From: Tricharina praecox
Lineage: Eukaryota
Direction: 5' to 3'
Assembly (NCBI RefSeq): GCF_024521635.1
Contig: NW_026250424.1
Location: 434,001-498,000 of the forward strand
Length of the DNA: 64,000 nt
Shown here: positions 26,170 through 40,847 of the stretch, in pieces
Position numbering within the stretch: position 1 is the first letter of the stretch
How the letters are laid out: every line of letters starts with the position of its first letter
Program-made: the position numbers and the translations under genes
Notes under the pieces: model-generated
Databases searched by the model: none
The model's input: the letters and a program-made list of their open reading frames with translations, nothing else
Told to the model about the DNA's origin: nothing

Positions 26170-28160
26170 CTATTGATACCCCGTCTTAAACCTGACCGTA
26201 TAATGTGCGGCGACGAGGGTACACACGCCTCCAATACCCATACACACAGCAATGGCGTTGACGCCGCCCTCGGGGGGCTCGATGGCTTCCTTGTCGTCCG
26301 AGAACTCGGGGCTCTTCCCTGGCTCCAGCAGCGAGAACACGATGAAGCTGATGAATGAGCCGACCATTTGCGGGAGGCAGGCGAAGATATTCAAGATTCC
26401 TAGGCTTGGGGGGTGTTAGTACACGAGTTCTTGGAAAGAGAGAGTGGGGTGAATACTAGACGCCGGACAACTCGTTGCTCGAGACGGATGCGGATTCGAG
26501 GTCGACGGGTCTTGCGAGGTGCGGCGAGCCAGAGGCGGAGGAGGGGCCTGTCATCTCGACAGCGTCGGCGTCCTCGTCCATGACCGCGACTGGCTCGTAC
26601 AGGCCTGAGCGCGGGCGGCGATGCGCGAGCCCGTCGCCACTCAGCCGCTGGATCTCCTCGCCGACGATCGAGAACGGCGCCCAGGTCATCAGCGCCCAGG
26701 CCACGCCGCTGAGCGCGACCAGGAACGTGGCGAAGCCGACGCTCGCCGCAAATAGCGTCAGGAACATCAGCCCTGCGAACGATACGTGCGCCCACACCCA
26801 GACCGATGTGAGCTCGGGTTTTCGCAGCTCGACCCAGCGCAGGAACCGGGCTACGGTGCTGTTGGAGGTCGGCACGGGCTTCTTGTGCAGTGTGTCGCTG
26901 GGAGGTGCCTCGATCACCCATGGGAGGGAGATGGAGGCGACCAGGGATACGCAGGAGAAGAGCACGAGCGCCATGGAGCCGACTCGCGCGATCTCGCCGA
27001 GTTTGTCGTCGGATGAGCCAGTGGATGTGTAGGAAGTGTCGTAACGCTTGAGAACCTCGCCCACGAAGGTGGTGCTATACACTTGGAAGGGAAACCAGCC
27101 TACCCAGGCCCAAAAGAGGATTATGCATCTACATCATCATTAGCAGTCAATCCACCTCTTCGTTCGAAGGGAAACTCACATGGCCCAGATATTCCTCGGC
27201 AGATGAAACATCGTGTTCCATATGACACGGAACATATGCACGACGCCCGAGCCCGTATCCCTTCTCGACAGCAGCACCCTCTCTGTAACGCACGCACACG
27301 TAATGCCGACACACAGCATGAGCAGGAACGCCGAGAGGACCATCAGCTGTTTAAACTGCGAGTCACCCAGGGCATTACCAAAGATACTGCGCAGATCGAT
27401 CATGCCGCTTCACCCATCCCATCAGCCAATGTCCACTTTCTGTAGATAGAGCAGAGGCACATACGCAAAATACCCCACGATATTCCCGACCGCGATCATC
27501 CTACTCGCCCACGCACTGCCATGCTGCTGACTCGTGACGGGCAGAGTATCCACAATGAGGGCACGACAGCACGCCTGGACGGCATTGATCGCAAAATCGA
27601 CCACGTAGATCATCAGCACCGCCATGATGATCGTGAGTGTATCCGCCGCGTCGCCAGCGGGGACAAAGAATCCCACGATCTCCCTGGTCCAGCCGAGGAT
27701 CAGCAGCGCGGCGGCGACACAGACACTCCCGATCACGAGCACGGGTCGGCGCCGCCCGAAGCGTGAGGTCGAACGGTCCGCGAGAACTCCTACGATCGGC
27801 TGGCAGATCATTCCGCTGATTGGCCCGACGTTCCAGACTAGAGACATGAGGGACTTCGTGAGGCCGAGCGAGAGGAGGTATGGTGCGCAGTCTAGGATAT
27901 CGGACATCGGACATCAGCATGAGGCCATCTCATCCTCCCCACCGGAACAACTCAATCGCGAAGGGGGAGCTCACAAGCCATCTCAATTCCCCAAACCAAT
28001 TGCACGCCCGTAAGACTTCCCACCACCACGTTAGCATGCCCGCCCATCAACCACCACCGCTAAAGACTCCGGAGTAGTTATACCTAATAGTCAACAACAC
28101 CATCCTCACCGCCTCCGTCGGACCTTTGATATGTGGCGCACCCGCCCATTTCGAGGACAT
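26170..28160 (-). CDS. General alpha-glucoside/sucrose-H+ symporter (Sut1-like, GPH/MFS)
   Basis: WAGAPHIKGPTE, GVQLVWGIEMAYCAPYLLSLGL, GPISGMICQPIVGVLADRSTSRFGRRRP, DFAINAVQACCRALIVD, WVGWFPF, SGVYLGILNIFACLPQ. Multi-exon. Confidence 0.9.
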
Positions 28161-31060
28161 CGTTGCCTGTCGTCCGCCGTGTCTATCTGCCCGTCGTGTC
28201 CGTCGAGTTATTCGTATAGTCCCTGTGTATCGTCGTATCTTCCGATAACTGCTTTGTAGGTCTTGAGGTATGTAGGATGTAGGTATTCAGATAAATGTGG
28301 CGACCGGATCGTCGGTGCGAGTCAAGAGTCAAGAGTCGAGAGTCGAGTCGAGAGTCGAGTCGAGACAGGAGCTGGGGAGCTGGGGAGCTGGGGTTACGGG
28401 TACGGTACGGTACGTGTACGCGTCAGTCCGATCAATCAATCACTCAATCAATTTATCTATTGCCCGTCCCCCGGGCCCCCTCCCCTCCCCCAACCCATCC
28501 CACCCCTTAACACGCGTATCTGGTGCCACACACGCGGCAGGTAATTTCGCAGGCAGGTGATAGTGACGTCATGTGCTACTATAGAGTAGTTACTGCTGCG
28601 GGAGCATGGGAGCATGGGAGCATGGGAGCATGGGAGCATGGCAGATCACCCGCCGGTGCCATTGTCACTCGCTTCTGGTTAGCTTCCTTCACAGATACAG
28701 TGGAAAAATGTGGAGTGCAATTGTTACGGGGAAAATACCGTGGTGGTTTTAATACATACCGGAGAACTACCAGATTTTGCTCACTGTGTATTGCTGCTTT
28801 TGGAAACGTCCTACGAACACGTATTTTCATCATACATAGCATTTCACCAAACATTTAGGTCCTTACAGATTACAATGCGATCTTTTGGAGTATCACGGGA
28901 CTTGGCACGTAGATGCAGCACCTACTACATAACACAACGGATTTGCAGACGGCTCTGTTGCAGTCTTGCAGAGCGATGGGAGAGCTGAAGTCTGTCGGCG
29001 AAAAGAGGCAGAAAGAGGAGGACGTACCGTATGTAACGCATGTGTCTGCGGGAGCCTGGAGGAAGCGAATGGGATTGGTATATTGGTAGGCAGCACCAGC
29101 GTCGGGGGGTCCAGCGGTGCCGACCGTATGCTCTCTTATGTATGCATATATAGCCTTCTGCTTCTGCTTATTCTCCTTCTTCTTATTCTCCTTCCCCTTC
29201 TTCTTCTTGTTCTTTTCATCATCATCATCATCATCCAGTTAGAACTTAGACGATCAACCCTCACGTGCACATCTTCTGGTTTCCTCCGTGTGAGTGCTTT
29301 CTTCTATACTAGGCAGTGTTCTACATACCTAAGTAGTCTAGTCCGTCCAGTCCGTCCAGTCCAGTCCGTCCGGAGGTGTCTGTCTATCTGTCTGTCTGTC
29401 TGTCGGACTGCCTACCTACCTACCTACCTCCTACTCCACCAGGAGAGTAAGTTCGGAACTTCGGACGGGACGGATTGCAGACTGCAGTCGACTGACTGCC
29501 AATTTCCAAGACCGGCAAAAACATTCATATCATAGCTGAGGCGACATGAATAACCAGAGAAATCTCCACGCGTATTATCGGTGGTTGTATGTAGTTGTAG
29601 TGGCTCAGGCTCGGGGAAGTATGAGTGTAGTATGAATGTAGTATGGGTATGTGTAGTATGGGTGCAGTATGAGCATGGACTGAAGATTACCTACCCTGCG
29701 GCGTTGCTGGTATCATACCTACTGGACGAAAGTGAATACACGAATTACGATAGTGGGAAATACTGTCATATGATAATGTATCTGGTGGGTGGGTAAGTGC
29801 CGAAAAGTGCACTTTTCTTTTTCACACCCGGACTGCGGCCCAACGGTCAACCCCGTCCAGCAAATTGGCGGACGGGACGGACTACCGTAGGTACTTTTAT
29901 CCCGTCCCCCGTCCTCCAAATGGCACGGAGTCACGGACAGGACGGGACTGGATTGTGGCAGTCCGTCCCGTCCATCCTGGGCCTCCGACCGGACTGGACT
30001 GTACTGTACTATATCTCGGCAGTCCGACTCGTCCCGTCCCGTCCGTCCGGACTACCTAGGTAGTCCAAAATGTTCGGAGGTGAGGACCGACTGCAGTCCC
30101 GACTGGACTACCTATGGAGAATACTGCTTACAACTCACCATCGAGACTCACCTTCTCGAGTCCAGACTCGTCACTCGAGACTCGACACTCAACACTCACC
30201 ACACACTCCCTTCACATCGACACCCACATCTCCCGAGAGTCCAAACAAGCTCATAACGAAACCAATTAAGCAATTAAGTACCTGTATCATAGAGAAACTG
30301 CCCAAGTAGTCCAGCCAGCTCCAGCTTTATACAACACCCTTCCCTCCCGCCCTCCCCCTCCTTCCAGCCCGCCCTCTTTCCATCAGTCCTCCATCAATCC
30401 TCCATCCATGCATCAGTCCTCCTTCCATCAGTCCTCCAGCCTTCCATCCAGCATTCATCAAAAGATCCAGATCCAGTCATCAGTAGGAAATCGACGGTAC
30501 ATAACGTATCTCAAAGTAAAGAAAAAAAGCAAGTAGGGCGTAAAGTGAATCCTGCAAAACAAGTTGACGACAACGACAGGTACGACAGAGTACATCGGAC
30601 GACTACATCGTATTATCTCGCAAAACAAACATACCTAGTGCAAACGAGCGAAAAGAAAGACAAGAAAGAAAGAAAAGAAAAAAAACTGGTATCAAGATTA
30701 AACCCATCCAGCAGAAACGAAGAAAAGAAAAGAAGCCATAAAACCACCACCACCACCGCCGACCCACCACCCAGTGCACCCACCAGTACCCACCGCACCC
30801 ACGCGCAATCCTGCCCTCGGTATCAAACTAAGACTTAAGTAACTCCGCTTGAACTCCTTGTGCAAAAAGTACAAATTACCCACCACACACCGAACCTGAA
30901 AATCCCAAAAGAGAGCGAAAAGAAAAAGAAAAAAAGAGTCAAGAAGAAAAAAGGCAAAGAAAAAAGGTCGCTATAACAGTAAAATCAGATCTAAATTGTT
31001 TTGCATGGGTCGGTGTTGTTTTTTTCTCTTTCGGTTCGTTGGTTTGTTTAGTTTATTGTT

Positions 31061-34000
31061 TTATATCATAGGAGGCCCTCTGCCTCGACCGGCACCTACA
31101 TCCTGCAGGAAGTCCTGCGGCGGTAGTCGTCCCTGCATCTGGGCCGACTTCTCGGCGCCAGACATTGTAGGCATGGGCACATATCCCTCCCTTGCACGTC
31201 GGATGCGCGATGCTATGACGCCGCCGACGACCAGGAGGAATACGAGTGCCAGGGCGATCGCGAGCGAGATCAGGATGACGTAGCCTCTAGCTAGTCGTGA
31301 CTTGCGCTTCGAGAACACGGGTTCGATCTGGGAGAAGAATGTGGTGATGGTGCCGGGGTCGCCGTTGGATTTCGACGTGAGCATGAACGGCTTCCAGTCC
31401 TTTCCGTCGTATGTGACGGCCGACGCATTGCCGAAACCAGACACCTTCAGGTCTCCAGTGATCAGGAGAATGTGCTCGCCCTGGAGGAAATCATTGTCGT
31501 CGTGCGTGCTTCTGCTCTGCAGGTTCAGAACCTGGATGTTGTGAATCGTAGCGTCTTCTTCAAACTGGGCCTCTGTGATCCGTTAGCACAGTGGTCAAGG
31601 ACTGAAAGCGGGCTGACTTACGCAGTGCAACAAACTTCTTGTTCTTGAGCTTCATCAGGTACGGACTGGTCCCATTCGTAGCGGTACCAGCGATGAACAG
31701 CGTATCGGAAGTATCCGAGTCCACAGCAATGCTGGTCACCGGTCCGGGGATGTTGCTGGCGTCGGCATCGACGGCCTTGTAGATTCCAAGCTGTGTGTCG
31801 TACAGAGCGAGATACATGGCGGTGCCGTTCAGATTCATGTCACCGGCAACGAGCAGATGGTCCTGGTCGACCCAGCGCATGGTATTGATCCGACCCGGGA
31901 CTTCTGGCGAGGCATCCACCCATCGTTGCGCATCATTCTGGTAGATGCAGAGATTGGCACAGTCCAATGATCCGGCAGTGGCGAATTCACCGGCCACATA
32001 GATATCATTAGTATCCGGACGCCTCGTGATGTCGAGCACCGTCACATTGTCTCCGTTCAGGGGCTGAGGCTGAGTAGCGGCCAATGCCATCTGATCCAAG
32101 TCCCAGATCGCAATGCCCCCGATGGTGCCGTTAGTGGTACCTTCAAGGGATCCGCCAACAAACAACAACTTGTCCAACACCTGCATGGCCAGGATTGTGC
32201 TTCCGGAAGCGAACTCGTCGGTAGCACCGTCCACCGCGTCGTTGTTGTTTCCATCGATAATGGCGAGGTTACGGATAGTGGTGTCGTTCTGTCCCTGGGC
32301 CTCAAAGTTGCCTCCGAGGATAGTCAAATTCTTACCATTATCGACATAGAACAAGCCGGTAACGACACCGGTAACGTTTTGCGGAGACACATCGCGCTTT
32401 CTCGAAGCGGTGTCCCGGGTCGTCACCATCTCGAGGGCAGACGGCGCAAGCGTGTTCCTGCTGACGTCCGAGTCCAAAAGATAAACCGCTCCCGACGAGA
32501 CCATGGTGTTTGATGCCATGGAACCGGCGTAGATAGGGATGTTATCCGCCGTGACAACGGCCGACAGAATACCGGAAAGCGAGATGACCCCATCCGTGGC
32601 TTCGAGCCACTGCTTCGTCGACGGAATCCAGACGGCGAAACCCTCCACTTCCACCGCATTCGCAGCATCGGTGTCAGGTCGAACGGCCGAAAAGTCACCG
32701 CTAATGGCAATGCACTCTTCGACTCCCGACGTAAGGTTGAGGCTGATCGGGACGATGTCACTGACGACGCCGTTGACACCCGCGCCGAGCGCCACCCAAG
32801 AGTTCTGCGCAGTATCGTATGCACCGATACCAGTCACACCCTTGATGGTGTCGTCCCTGGTCCCAGAGAAGGCCCCTCCAACGTAAATCAAATCTCCCGA
32901 TGCATGCATAATGTTGACCGCATCGTCGAGGCCGCCTTCGGGAACCGAGGGCAAAGCGTCGTTGTTCTTGTCGATGATGAAGAAGTGCTGGAAGTCACCG
33001 GTCGTCAGATTGCCACCGACATACGTAAAATCGCCCTTGACGACGATCGTAGCGATGGAGGCGTTATCGTTCAACCTCAGACCGGCAGCGTTGATGCGCG
33101 AATCGGCAGGGTCTGTCGTGCCGGTGGCCTGGGGATCGTACTCGTAGATGCCGTTCAACCCGGAGGATCCTGTGCTGGTCCCGCTGGGGGTCTCGCCTTG
33201 CTTGTTCTCGCTGATCAGTTTGAACTGCACTCTCTGGGCGACAATCCGAACGGTATCGGCAGGCTGATTCGGGGTGGGAGCAAGGGTGATGCGGGGTCGG
33301 AATGAACCGCTCGCGACATCAACGTCGCCTTCGTAAGCAACGTCGTACTTGTCGAAATCGTTGGTTTGAGCGAACTGCAGGTTGACCGTATTTCCATTCG
33401 AGGTGACGGTACCAGTGGCACTGGTCCTTCCACGGGTAGCGCACGAACCGTCCTGGACACACCCGGGGGTGAAGATGAGGATCTGGTACCTGCCACTCTG
33501 CTCGATGTGAGGCTCGAAGACGACCGATGTCGATGGGATGGTCGATGCATCAACGTCGACGGAAAGGTAATTGGAACTTCCAACAGCACTCATCTCGGTC
33601 TCGAACCAGGCACCGGAAGCGATTGAGGCCGATCGAGGGACGTCCGCCGCGGTACACGACGGTTCGTTCAGTTCAGGAATCGCAAAGGTGAAGATGTTGT
33701 CCTGGAAAAGCTGGACACTCGAAAGTCCTCCGCCGGCACCACGGTGGGACAGGATATCGATGCGGAAGGACTTCATCCCAACGACATCAATGAATTCAAA
33801 GTCCTGAGCCTCATCGATCGCAGCCAAGGGGCACGTCTCAGCACAGTGCTGCTCGTTTCCAGTCGAATCCGTGTAGGTGAGATTCATGATTCCTCCGAGA
33901 GGGAACGCCGTCAACCTGAAGGTCTCGGTGCTCCGGTCCTCAAAGTCCGAGTTTATGAGCCGCAGCTTCGTGGGGAAGAACTCGAAGCGGAAGGCAGCAG

Positions 34001-34793
34001 TCCACGATCCCCTCTGTCCATCGCGCACCAGCCACTGCGTTTCGGTGCCGTTGGTGCAGGTGATGGCGGCGGGGTCGTTGAAGCCAGCCAAGTCGGATGT
34101 CTGCTCCGCAGTAATCTCCGCAGACACGATGTTGAGCGTCTGGGCGTCCCTGATCGTGGGTGCCGAGAAATTCCTCAGTCCGTCAAAGTTCCCGCCGAAG
34201 AGGATGGTGTTGTTGTTGGACCTGGTGACGGTGTTGACAGGGCCGGTGAAGCCCTCGAACGGCAGATTCTTCCATTCGCCATCCTCCCAAGCAGCAGCAT
34301 TCTCCGACTGGTTCATGCTGAACATTCCCCCCACATACACCCTACTCGTGCCCTTGTCGCACAGCAGCGCACTGACCCGACCCTGGAAATCCCCCAAAGT
34401 CGTGATGCTGTCGTCGTCCGGGTTGTAAAGCGCGATTCCCTTAGCCTCGATGCCTCCCAGACTCGTGAAATTCCCTCCCACCACCACACCCCTCTGCGTC
34501 CCATCGCTCAACTCGTAGACACACATCGCATTGATGGCCTCGTCCGCCAGTCCCAGCGACGAAAACAGTCCATTCGGCAACTGCGTCAGCAAGCTCTGAC
34601 TCCCGTTGGTGAAGGGCGCCGACTGCGTCTGTCCCGTGTATTCATAGAGCGAAATCCCATCGAAATTTCCCGCCAGTCCCACCCGCCCTAAGTCATCGAG
34701 ATCGAATATTGGTTGCGACACCAGCGTTGGGGCAGTAAGCGCGCTCGCGAGCGAAACCGTGACTGCCACTGTTGTCCATATCGTCCACGCCAT
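31061..34793 (-). CDS. RAX2: Cortical polarity protein Rax2 (type I membrane protein)
   Basis: Signal peptide; DLGRVGLAGNFDGISLYEY, FTPGCVQDGSCATRG, QTNDFDKYD; single C-terminal TM (GYVILISLAIALALVFLLVVGG) and short tail. Intron ~31573-31620. Confidence 0.92.
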
Positions 34794-37700
34794 TTGAGGT
34801 CTAGAGTTCCGCGATGAGGAAACACACACACACACCCTCCTCGTGCGGGAGCGCTGGGTGCTGTGATACTACGTGATCGCGGCGGCGCAGATGTAGGAAT
34901 GTCGTTCAAGGCTGCGCGAGCGGGCTAACACGACAGCGACGGGGGGAAATGGATGCGTGTGTGTGGGTGGGTCGATGGATGATGGACTGCGGAACCGATT
35001 ATGTAGGGTGGGCGAGGCGCAACGAGAAACGGAACGGGGGGTGGGCGGCGGTAGGTATTAAAGTAGAGGTTGTTTCAATTGTTCATGCAAGGTGAGATAG
35101 AGTAGAGAGAGATGAACTGGCACCAGCCTACAGCAATACGCAGCACACAGGATCAGCACCCACCGCTACCACCACTACACCAGGGTACATTTACACAATG
35201 CAAAGACAACCGGTAGCACGCCGTTCCAGGCACAGAGGCGACCCACAACAGGCGCGCGCACGGAAAACTGCAAGGGACTAGGGCGGGAGCGGGAGCGAAG
35301 TTACCAAGCCGTTCGTGCGCTGCAGAAGTAGATGTCGTAAAGTACTAGTGAGTGATATTGAGAGAGAGTCGCGGGGTCGAAATCTATCGCGTGCTTTCTA
35401 TGCCGAGAGGATTGGGGGCGGTGAGTGAGTGAGTGTGGGAGCGAACGAGTGAACGAGTGAACGAGTGAATGAGTGGTTTGGTGGTGGTGGTGGGAGGTGT
35501 CCGAGTGGTATGCAAGTTGTGTGGGGGGTGTGTCGGAACGGGGCGGACGAGAGTGCGTGCGGTGGTCGGGATACGCTGGTCGGGATACGATGCTCGGACG
35601 GTAAGTGTGAGCGAATGGAATTTTTAAGGGGTGGCTGTGAGGATGTTGAACGCGGATAGATAATGAAGGTGAAGTGAGAAAAGAACAAGACGGGTTATTT
35701 TCAGGGTCTTGCTGCTGTGTTTCTTTCTTCTTTCTTTCTTGTGTTCTTTCTTTCCTATTTTCTTCCCCAGTATTCTTGCGGTCGACAACAAGCAGGGGAC
35801 AAGATCAAGAAAAGCGAAGGGAGCGTAGTTGGTGTTTAGACTGAAGTGTAAGAAACGTCGTAGCGAAGTATGTAGATGACGAAAGGAACGAAAGAGAGAA
35901 AAAGGAATGACAAAAAGCACGCAGCACGATTCGATATTGTTAAAAGAGTGGACAATCCGACGCTTTAGCGAAGGAAAAAGAGAGAAGCAGGCACTAAAGG
36001 GAGTACAGGTTGTGAGTATGTGAGTACGTGAGTACTGTGAGGAGGACGGGGCTGCGGACTCGAGCGACGAACGAACGAGCGAGTGAACGGAACCGAACGA
36101 GTCTCAGGAAGGGAGGGAGAGCGTTCGAAGAGGGCAGGGAGCGAGAGGGAGGGATGGAGGGAGGGATGGAGAGAGTGAGAGAGAGAGAGGGAAGGAAAAG
36201 CCGGTGAGAGGCGCTGAAGGTTGGCAGGGAGGGGTGGGGGATGGATAATAGTAATGCATTCGCACAAAATAACGATCAGCCAGGACAGCCCGGTTCCTCA
36301 TCTGCAGTTGACCGCCGACTACTGGCCGCTGAACCGTCCTCCCTCTTCCCCTCCAGCCAGCGAGGATCAGGTACTCTGCATACCGCGGTCGTGTGGGTGC
36401 GATGAGACGGCTAGGTGTGTCGAGCAAGTGGTATGCTGAGTATGAAGTGACATACTTGGGTGACACTACGGTATTATCCCCTCCACTGCCCTCATTCTCC
36501 GCTCGCAGGCGACAGGACACACACACATGCAGGCACACGCACTCACGCATGTGGGTGGGTGGGTGGGCCAGGCAGGCACTCTGGGTATGGCGATGTGATG
36601 GCACGCATGCGCAGGTATGCAGCGTACCTACTCTAGTGTCGTGTGGTTACTGGGTGCCTTCCACACAGATTCAGAATTCCGCAGCTGCGTACCTGGCTAG
36701 AGCGAGACGAGGCTCGAGTGGTGAGGCATCGGAGGTGCAGCGGTGCTGTGGAGATCCCGGCTGCGCGGCGTCGTCGGCGGCTGTGGTTGATAGGTGGGGC
36801 GGGGGGCGGCCGTGGCAGGCACGCAGGCAGGCAAGGTGGCGATGCAACTGGCTAGTTAGCTGGCTGACTGGCAGCACACCTTGACTCGAACGGTGCTGGC
36901 CCGACCAACGAGACGCGCACCCTCGCCCTCGCCCGGCGCCCAGCGGCCGCTCGTCTCCAGAGTCCACCCGGCACTCCAGGGAAAAAAAATGAAATTAATC
37001 GATTCGTCATCCGGCTGCCCGAAGCGGCCGGCGGATCCCAGCATCAAGCATCCCACAGCATCCCTCCACCGCAAAGCTCATCTCATATTGTCCCTCCTCT
37101 GGGCAGCGGGGAAGCGCTCGTGAAGGGAAGGGAAAAGCTCATCACCGCTTGGGTTTCACCAGATGGAGGGAGGAGAGAACGAGGGGACGGGGGGACGGGG
37201 GGACGGGGACGAGGTGTCGAGGTGTCGAGGGTTATGCGGTGTACCTACATTCAGTATGACCTATGAAGTATGTACCTGCTTAGACGGGAATGGGGACCTT
37301 GCATCGAGAAGGAGGTGGCACGGGTATGTACAGTACATGGAGCACAAGCGTCGAGCGCAGGCATCTTGAGCCCCCGTCACCACCCATCACCCGGAGCGTT
37401 TCTTCGGGCGTTCCGTGCACATCCACTGTCCAGGGCCAACAACGAAGATGCATGCCGAAGAAGCCTACTCTAAGCACATGCTCCCCTGGGGTGGCCCGCT
37501 AGGTAATCATCCGCTTGATGAATCGAGTTTGACGGTGCTATGTAGCCAATGCCTTCATCGAGCAGAGTCAGTAATACCATTGACTTTGCTATTCCACTCT
37601 GCTTCCACCATGGTTTCACCGGCTACAAATACTATCATAGTTTAGAAACCAATAGTAGGATGTAGTCACCATCGCACATACCTGATTCATGTGCCTATTG

Positions 37701-38804
37701 TTTGTTGGATATGCATCTCAAGCCACTCCCCACTGCCCGAACCCGGGTCCGCCATCCATCCAAGACCATCCATAATCCGCCGGGGCTATTAGCCGCGATG
37801 GGAATCTCCCATCTCCCATCTCCCTACCTACTCTATGTACATACCGTTCTAATGTGGCCATATGATAGTTACCCAGCCCGTCCATCGGATATCACTCACG
37901 AGGAACAGCGCGAGGATCCGTGCGTCCGTCCCGTCCTGCCATCGTGAATCGGACCGAACTTCGAAGTGACGCGGGCCGTCTTGCGACGGATAGATTTCGC
38001 AGTGGAGTACATTAGGTACCGATCGAGTGTATTTCATATTGTATGTACCGGTATTTAGAAATAGGAGTTCAAAGCTTCGGGGATATAGGGGATTTTCTTC
38101 GTTTATTCATTACTCCACTCTTATTTACAGCCTGTCAAGAGTCAAGATGCACTATCGAGCTATCCGACCTATATCCCATCTGCCGTCTGGAATCCGGATG
38201 ACCAGTTTCAGGCAGCGAACGATAGTATATAGAGTGATTTCCCGCCCTCCGCTTGAGCGCCCCTAATACTATCTATACCTATAGTTACAGCGAATCAGCG
38301 ATAGGTAGTGTAGGGATTGGGCTGTTTAGGAGTTTCTTGTCGTTGTATTATGGGTTATCATTGGTGCGCATGCTCGTCTGAGTTTTGTTTCCGATATACC
38401 AACTATACAGACGGACACAGACGGCCACATGAATGGATGAATGCCACTGAGTATGTGTAGATGATCCATGGGGACCCTCCTGATACGTTGAACAGGAGAT
38501 AACTGTTTACCGCCCGCTGGCACCTGCCCTCGGTATAGTGACTCGTGAGTGGGGTACACCCACCCTATATGTGGCGGGGTACACCTGGCGTGATAACTTA
38601 TAAGGGAGGGACGGACGTGCCAGGCCGCCGCATCGCCCGCGAGAAGTGCTTCTATATACTTCCGCCTCGTCGTTGGGTATGTAATTCTCGAGACGGGCAG
38701 CGTGTGTTTCATGGAATATCACCGCACCGCATGCCCATTGCCACCTCGGAACGCAACAACCGGTGTGGCACCGTACCTATCTGTCGAACTTCACGATCTA
38801 TCTA

Positions 38805-38807
<3 letters not shown>

Positions 38808-38863
<56 letters not shown>
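38808..38863. repeat. (CT)n microsatellite
   Basis: Uninterrupted TC run of about 55 bp. Confidence 0.95.
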
Positions 38864-38877
<14 letters not shown>

Positions 38878-39297
38878 ATTTCTTCCACCGTCAAGCCAAG
38901 CTCCAGACCCCCGCAATTACCTATATAGATATGCATGCCGGTACCGGCACCATCTTGAGACTTGGAGTCGGAGATATCCATGGCCCATGCAAGCCTCCGC
39001 TGGCCGCTGGCCGCTGGCGGCGTCTATAAATGTCTGAAACACGCTCTTACGCTGCACCGCTACAGCGCTACAGCGCTACAACGCTGCAGAATAACCCGGG
39101 AATTGCATGTGCTGTGCTCTAGGTATTCTACTCTATTTTGCTGTGGAAACGATTGTTCATGAGGAAATAGAAAGCCAGAGACTGGTTCGCCTTCTTACCT
39201 CAGTGCCTAGTCCCCACATTGTTTCACTCTCCCACTCCCTCGCAAACCGGGACCGTTATGTGTGTATAGGTAGTAAATCGCAGATGATCCTAGGTAT

Positions 39298-40847
39298 CTA
39301 AATCCCCCTTCTCCCCGCCGGCAACGGCCGACTTCTAGTCCTCGTTTTGACCCTTTCCGCCAGCGAAAACAGCTCTGCACCTTCCACTGCCTCCTCCAGC
39401 TTGACCTCTACCTTGACCTTTTTCTTGGTGACAGTTTCCTCCTCCTCCTCCTCCTCCTCCTCCTCCTCCTCCGGAGATACCTCGGCCTTTACCCTCTTCA
39501 ACCCCCGACTCTGCTCTTCCTCCTTCTTGATACAAACCGAGTACGCTTTCTCAAGCGCCTCCTTTTTTAGAGCCGCTGCTTGCCGCTTCGTGATCTTCTT
39601 GACCTTAGTTTCCTTCTTGACCTTAGTTTCCTTCTTGACCTTGACCTTCGTCTCCTTAAACGCGCTCAAATCGGCGGTGAACAGCACCTATGCATCACAC
39701 TCGGCGTTAGATGGTGTGAACGTGTGAACGTGTGAATGTGTGCGTGATGGAGACAGCGAACATACCGAATGCGCCCACCCGGCCTCCTTCCCCCACAGCT
39801 TCCGAAAATGATCTCCAATCTCGTCGTAGACCGCTTTGGTCAGCGACTTGTTCTTCGTCTTGCCGAAGCCGTAGTCTTTCTGCGCGATCTGCAGGACTGT
39901 TGTCCAGTTTAGCCGTGTATGTGAGCAGAAGAAGGAAGAGCACGAACGAACCGTGGGTGTCCACCGGCACCGCCTCCGCCTTATCCAGACTCATGAGACA
40001 CACGCAATCCGCAACCTTAGGTCCCACGCCAGGCAGCTCCAACAGGGCCTCATGGGCGTCCCTATACCCCTCCCTCCTCAGCCCTTCGAGCCACCCCACC
40101 CCGCGCTCATCCACAATCTTCGCAGTAGCGGCGATATACCTCGCCCTATACCCGAACCCCAGCTCCCTCAGCATTTTTTCCACACCGTCACCGGTGAGCT
40201 TGCCAGGCGGGGGGAAGTCGTGATACACGACGCCGCCCGCCTCCCCCAGCGCCTCCCCCCACGCACCGCACAGGCTCCATACCATACCACTGATCCGCGC
40301 GATGTTGTTGTTGCTGCTGCAGATGAACGATACCACGGTTTCCCACGGGTCCTGTCGCAGCATGCGCACGCCCGAGAGGCGCGCGGATTTTGATAGGAAG
40401 TTTGGGTCGGAGCGAGACCACTGCGTGTACAGTGTAGAGAGAGAGTGCGAGAGGTTGAAGTAGTCGTGCAGGAGCTCGGCTGTGTCGTCGTCATCGGAAG
40501 AGGAGGAGAAGGAGGAGGAGGCGGAGGAGGATGCGGGGAAGATGCTCCGGTAGTGAAGGTGCGTCGCGTCTTGCCGCAGCGTCAGGATTCGCCCCCGGAG
40601 CGCGCAGGTCCTGAGGGTGTGAGCGGGGGACTCTGGGGTTAGGGAATAGAGGGGGGAGGTACCATTCATCGCCCGATTGTCGCCATCTGTAGTAGGTAGT
40701 TCACGGTCAGCTAGGCCGCCCGCAGAGGGTAGTTACCGCGATCAATGCGTACCTGAATGACTGCCCACAGCGCAGGACAGTCGAGATGCATAGTTCGCTC
40801 AGTGGTACGGGAATTGACTTCCATACTGCGGGTGAAGAGGCGGACAT
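39298..40847 (-). CDS. OGG1: 8-oxoguanine DNA glycosylase/AP lyase
   Basis: ELCISTVLRCGQSFRW, RMLRQDPWETVVSFICSSNNNIARI, GFGYRARY, HhH motif LPGVGPKVADCVCLMSLD...VPVDTH, GWAHSVLFTADL, Lys/Glu-rich tail. Three introns. Confidence 0.95.

Noticed and set aside
28966..29535. 189-aa ORF with a long hydrophobic stretch
   Set aside because: The hydrophobic run comes from CTT/ATC trinucleotide repeats; non-ATG start and no family motif.
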